Source: an uncultured Pseudomonadota bacterium (GTDB taxonomy: Bacteria; Pseudomonadota; Alphaproteobacteria; Rs-D84). From it: DNA of 64,000 nucleotides. The translations under genes and the position numbers were made by a program. Below, one piece after another: positions 60,958-64,000 of the stretch; positions within the stretch are counted from its first letter, which is position 1; each line of letters begins with the position of its first letter. The notes under the pieces were generated by a model that made no database searches, had not been told where the DNA came from, and saw only the letters and a program-made list of their open reading frames with translations. Location: contig CADCGT010000006.1 in assembly GCA_902801125.1 (NCBI GenBank), positions 578 through 64,577 on the forward strand. Reading direction: 5' to 3'.

Positions 60958-62487
60958 GTGAAAATCATGATTTCTTTAAATTCTATTATTTTCAATGGTA
61001 TGGACGCAACAAAAATTGATGTCCAGGTGCAAATGTCGGCGGGTCTTGGCAAACAAGAGTTCAAGATAATCGGCCTTGCAGATCGGGCGGTCAAAGAATC
61101 TGCGGAACGCATTGTGAATGTGTTGGCGGCGTTGGGGTTGCAATTACCAAACCGGCGATTGACGGTGAACCTGTCGCCGGCGGACGTGGAAAAAAGTGGC
61201 GCACATTTCGATTTGCCAATTCTGTGCGGAATTTTGTGCGCGTTTGATGTTTTACCCCAAGATAAATTATCACAATATGTCATTATTGGCGAAGTTGGAT
61301 TAAACGGAACCATCGTTAAAACCAATGGAATTTTGGCGGCAAGTGTTTGGGCAAACAAAAACAAAATGGGAATCATTTGCCCCGGCGCCCAAGGACCCGA
61401 GGCGCGCCTTGCCGGACATGAAAATATTTTGGCACCGAATCATGTATTGGAATTGATAAATCATTTTAATGGCAAATGCCCATTGGTCTTGCCTGATATG
61501 CCGGTGGCCCCAACAACACACAACGCGAACACAGATATGGCCGATGTCCATGGCCAGGCGGCCGCAAAACGCGCACTGGAAATCGCCGCGGCGGGCGGGC
61601 ACGCAATGTTGATGGTCGGACCGCCGGGGTCGGGTAAAACAATGTTGGCGTCGCGGTTGCCAACAATTATGCCGGAAATGGGTGCGGATGAAATGCTGGA
61701 AACATCTATTATTTATTCTATTGCGGGTGGTCTTGATGGCAAGACATTGATGTCGCATCGCCCATTCCGCAGTGTTCATCATACCGCAAGTCCGGTCGCG
61801 TTGGCCGGCGGTGGGTCGGACGCCAAACCAGGCGAGATTTCTTTGGCGCATAATGGTGTTTTGTTCCTTGACGAATTGCCAGAATTTAATCGCGCAACAT
61901 TGGAAATACTGCGTCAACCAATGGAATCGGGTAAAATTATGATTTCCCGCGCACGACGCAACGCAACATATCCGGCACAATTTCAATTGATTGCGGCGAT
62001 GAATCCGTGTCCGTGTGGGCATTTGGGGAATGCCGCCCTGGCCTGTTCCCGCGCCCCCAGATGTGCCGAGGCATACCAAAATAAAATTTCCGGCCCATTA
62101 TTGGACCGAATCGATTTACATGTAGATGTTGACGCGGTCAACCCATGGGAAATGAAAACGGCCGCTTCCACACCATCGGAATCCAGCGCAACAATTCGCG
62201 AACGCGTTGTACGCGCACGCAACGCACAAATATCGCGCCAGGGTTATGTGAACGCGCGCCTTGATGGGGCCGATTTGGAAAAATATGCCGCGCTTTCCGA
62301 TGAAATGACGAACTTCCTTAATACCGCGGCGGAAAAGATGGGGATGTCGGCACGCGGATACAACCGTATTAAACGCATCGCGCGCACGATTGCAGACCTG
62401 CGCGGGGCCAGGGATATAGAAATGCCCGATTTAGCCGAGGCATTGTCATACCGTCCAATACATCGCGGAAAATATGGCGTAAAATAA
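60958..62487 (+). CDS. comM: YifB/ComM-family Mg-chelatase-like AAA+ ATPase
   Basis: Lon-like N-domain, Walker A GPPGSGKT, Walker B LFLDE, and a C-terminal subunit ChlI domain. Confidence 0.85.
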   Translation: MKIMISLNSIIFNGMDATKIDVQVQMSAGLGKQEFKIIGLADRAVKESAERIVNVLAALGLQLPNRRLTVNLSPADVEKSGAHFDLPILCGILCAFDVLPQDKLSQYVIIGEVGLNGTIVKTNGILAASVWANKNKMGIICPGAQGPEARLAGHENILAPNHVLELINHFNGKCPLVLPDMPVAPTTHNANTDMADVHGQAAAKRALEIAAAGGHAMLMVGPPGSGKTMLASRLPTIMPEMGADEMLETSIIYSIAGGLDGKTLMSHRPFRSVHHTASPVALAGGGSDAKPGEISLAHNGVLFLDELPEFNRATLEILRQPMESGKIMISRARRNATYPAQFQLIAAMNPCPCGHLGNAALACSRAPRCAEAYQNKISGPLLDRIDLHVDVDAVNPWEMKTAASTPSESSATIRERVVRARNAQISRQGYVNARLDGADLEKYAALSDEMTNFLNTAAEKMGMSARGYNRIKRIARTIADLRGARDIEMPDLAEALSYRPIHRGKYGVK

Positions 62488-62492
62488 TCAGA

Positions 62493-63431
62493 TTAGAATT
62501 CCAAACGCACGCCCAACATAACATTGGTATAAATAAGATGCTTTGCACTTACCCAATCAAGGTGGCGCGTATCATCCACATTCGTCAAACGGTATTTAAC
62601 ACGCGGGATATATGAAACGCGCGCCCCAAAATCCAAGAACAGATTATCCGCAATACCGTATGAAAAACCCAATGCCGCAACACCCGCGATGTTTGTCGTG
62701 TTTGTTGTAGATTTATAGAAATTTACCACCGTTCCGTCCGATTCGCCAAATTCTTGTAATATCTGGAAACTGGACAGGTCGCCCGAATTATCAAACAAAG
62801 TAAATGTTGTTTTCGTATCGGCATAACCAAACCCAATTCCAACATACGGAATCATTGTATGTGTCGGCTTTACATACCCGTCAAAGAAATCGTAAAACGC
62901 CATAAAACTTACCAAATCGGTGGACATTGCCGATTGTGCGCCACCAATATCAAAATTCGGAATGGTTGAACCATTGCTTAATTTCATATCGCCGGAAAAC
63001 AGTGGGGTTTTGTTATAATCAACCTCGGCAAAACGGTCCCAGCCAAGTTCCAAACGCCATTGTGAATGATTTGGCAAAATCCACCCGACACTTGCGCCGG
63101 CGGCAAACCCGATTTCCGACATTTTTGGAATCGACAGGCCACCAAGTCCGCCCGTTGCATATTCAAACCCGGCCGCACAATCGGTGCCGGTATATTCCGT
63201 CACTTCGCCGGTTGTTGGGTTCACGCAATATGAAAACACAATTGATGTGTCATTTGACATTTTTGAATACGCGTATGTCGCCCCACCACGCAATGACACC
63301 GCCGCGCGACCGCCATTATCATAGTAAGATGTGTCGTATGTATATTCGCCGGAATATTGCCAATTCGCCAACGCCGGCGCGACATTCAATGCAACAGATG
63401 CACATAAAAGACCAAAAATTCTTTTTCTCAT
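62493..63431 (-). CDS. outer-membrane beta-barrel protein (porin/OMP-like)
   Basis: Signal peptide. Alternating amphipathic beta-strand pattern. C-terminal ...GVRLEF with a terminal Phe. Confidence 0.5.
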   Translation of the reverse strand: MRKRIFGLLCASVALNVAPALANWQYSGEYTYDTSYYDNGGRAAVSLRGGATYAYSKMSNDTSIVFSYCVNPTTGEVTEYTGTDCAAGFEYATGGLGGLSIPKMSEIGFAAGASVGWILPNHSQWRLELGWDRFAEVDYNKTPLFSGDMKLSNGSTIPNFDIGGAQSAMSTDLVSFMAFYDFFDGYVKPTHTMIPYVGIGFGYADTKTTFTLFDNSGDLSSFQILQEFGESDGTVVNFYKSTTNTTNIAGVAALGFSYGIADNLFLDFGARVSYIPRVKYRLTNVDDTRHLDWVSAKHLIYTNVMLGVRLEF

Positions 63432-63512
63432 ACCGACATTATATCACAAATTTTAATAATAAAAAACACATTTTATTATAAAAAGAATGTGGGAAAAATC
63501 CCACATTCATAT

Positions 63513-63977
63513 TTACGCCCTTTCGTCACCATGATTGAACAAGCCCAAAAGCCCGCGGCGACGTCGTTTCGCTGATTCTTTGATGTTAGACAAATGCCCA
63601 AGCAACCAAGCACCATAAGCCGATGTGTATGCCGGATACCCATTTGCCGCGGCATTATAGCTATACGGTTGCCGGTTGTTATGCGCAATCAATGAATTGC
63701 TAACCGTCCTCATAACCGGTTCGGGATCAACGTGCTGAATTGCGTCCGCGCCACCAACGAATCCAACGGCACCCGCCAATTTGCGACGCGCGGTCAATTC
63801 TTGGTCGATATAATTACGGATATCGCCAATCTTTTCATCCAATGCCGCCGCGATTTGCTCTAATTCTTCGCTGTCAAATTCAGAATCAGAATATGTTTCA
63901 CCATAGGCACTCAATCTTGACACCGGATACCAACGGCCGGTCGGGCGCCTTGAATTACCCTTCAGGCCCGTTTCCAA
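63513..63977 (-). CDS. hypothetical protein (may extend beyond the window at its 5' end)
   Basis: ORF only. Confidence 0.3.
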   Translation of the reverse strand: METGLKGNSRRPTGRWYPVSRLSAYGETYSDSEFDSEELEQIAAALDEKIGDIRNYIDQELTARRKLAGAVGFVGGADAIQHVDPEPVMRTVSNSLIAHNNRQPYSYNAAANGYPAYTSAYGAWLLGHLSNIKESAKRRRRGLLGLFNHGDERA

Positions 63978-64000
63978 ATAGAATGGTATTTTGATATTGT

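Overview
This 64 kb chromosomal window appears to come from a moderate-GC Gram-negative bacterium, probably an alphaproteobacterial intracellular or amoeba-associated organism. The tRNA genes encode their CCA ends. Many proteins carry eukaryote-like repeats (TPR/Sel1, pentapeptide, DUF285/BspA-like, GCC-like Cys-rich), and there is a YadA-type trimeric autotransporter. The housekeeping backbone (alaS, hupB, ligA, a class A PBP, rpsU, an msbA-like ABC exporter, ackA, rnj, cspA, lysS, guaC-like, queA-tgt, era, rlpA, murJ, bamD, htpX, tdk, secG-rnc-lepB, comM) is interleaved with accessory material. Accessory features, in order of how well they are supported: (i) a Hin/Gin-family serine DNA invertase gene preceded by two hix-like palindromic crossover sites (AAACCTAGGTTT core) 107 bp apart; the sites bracket a -35 hexamer between the divergently transcribed trimeric autotransporter adhesin and the recombinase, which makes a phase-variation switch plausible. 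(ii) A roughly 2.9 kb islet at tRNA-Gly(GCC), bounded by direct repeats including a tandem array of about 110-bp units each carrying a copy of the tRNA 3' end; its only cargo is an 829-aa pentapeptide-repeat effector-like protein. (iii) A previously unnoticed composite palindromic repeat family (GTTAGTG heptads flanking a CTGGAAT/ATTCCAG core, optionally joined to a GGCACC-GTT-GGTGCC hairpin module) inserted just after stop codons. (iv) An orphan 463-aa protein with RelA/SpoT-like nucleotidyltransferase motifs. (v) Families of Cys-rich secreted proteins sharing CxxGY modules with a 1348-aa DUF285/GCC surface protein. (vi) An AT-rich islet downstream of tRNA-Arg with a duplicated tRNA 3' segment and a structured, terminator-ended leader. 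The window contains no rRNA and no CRISPR array.
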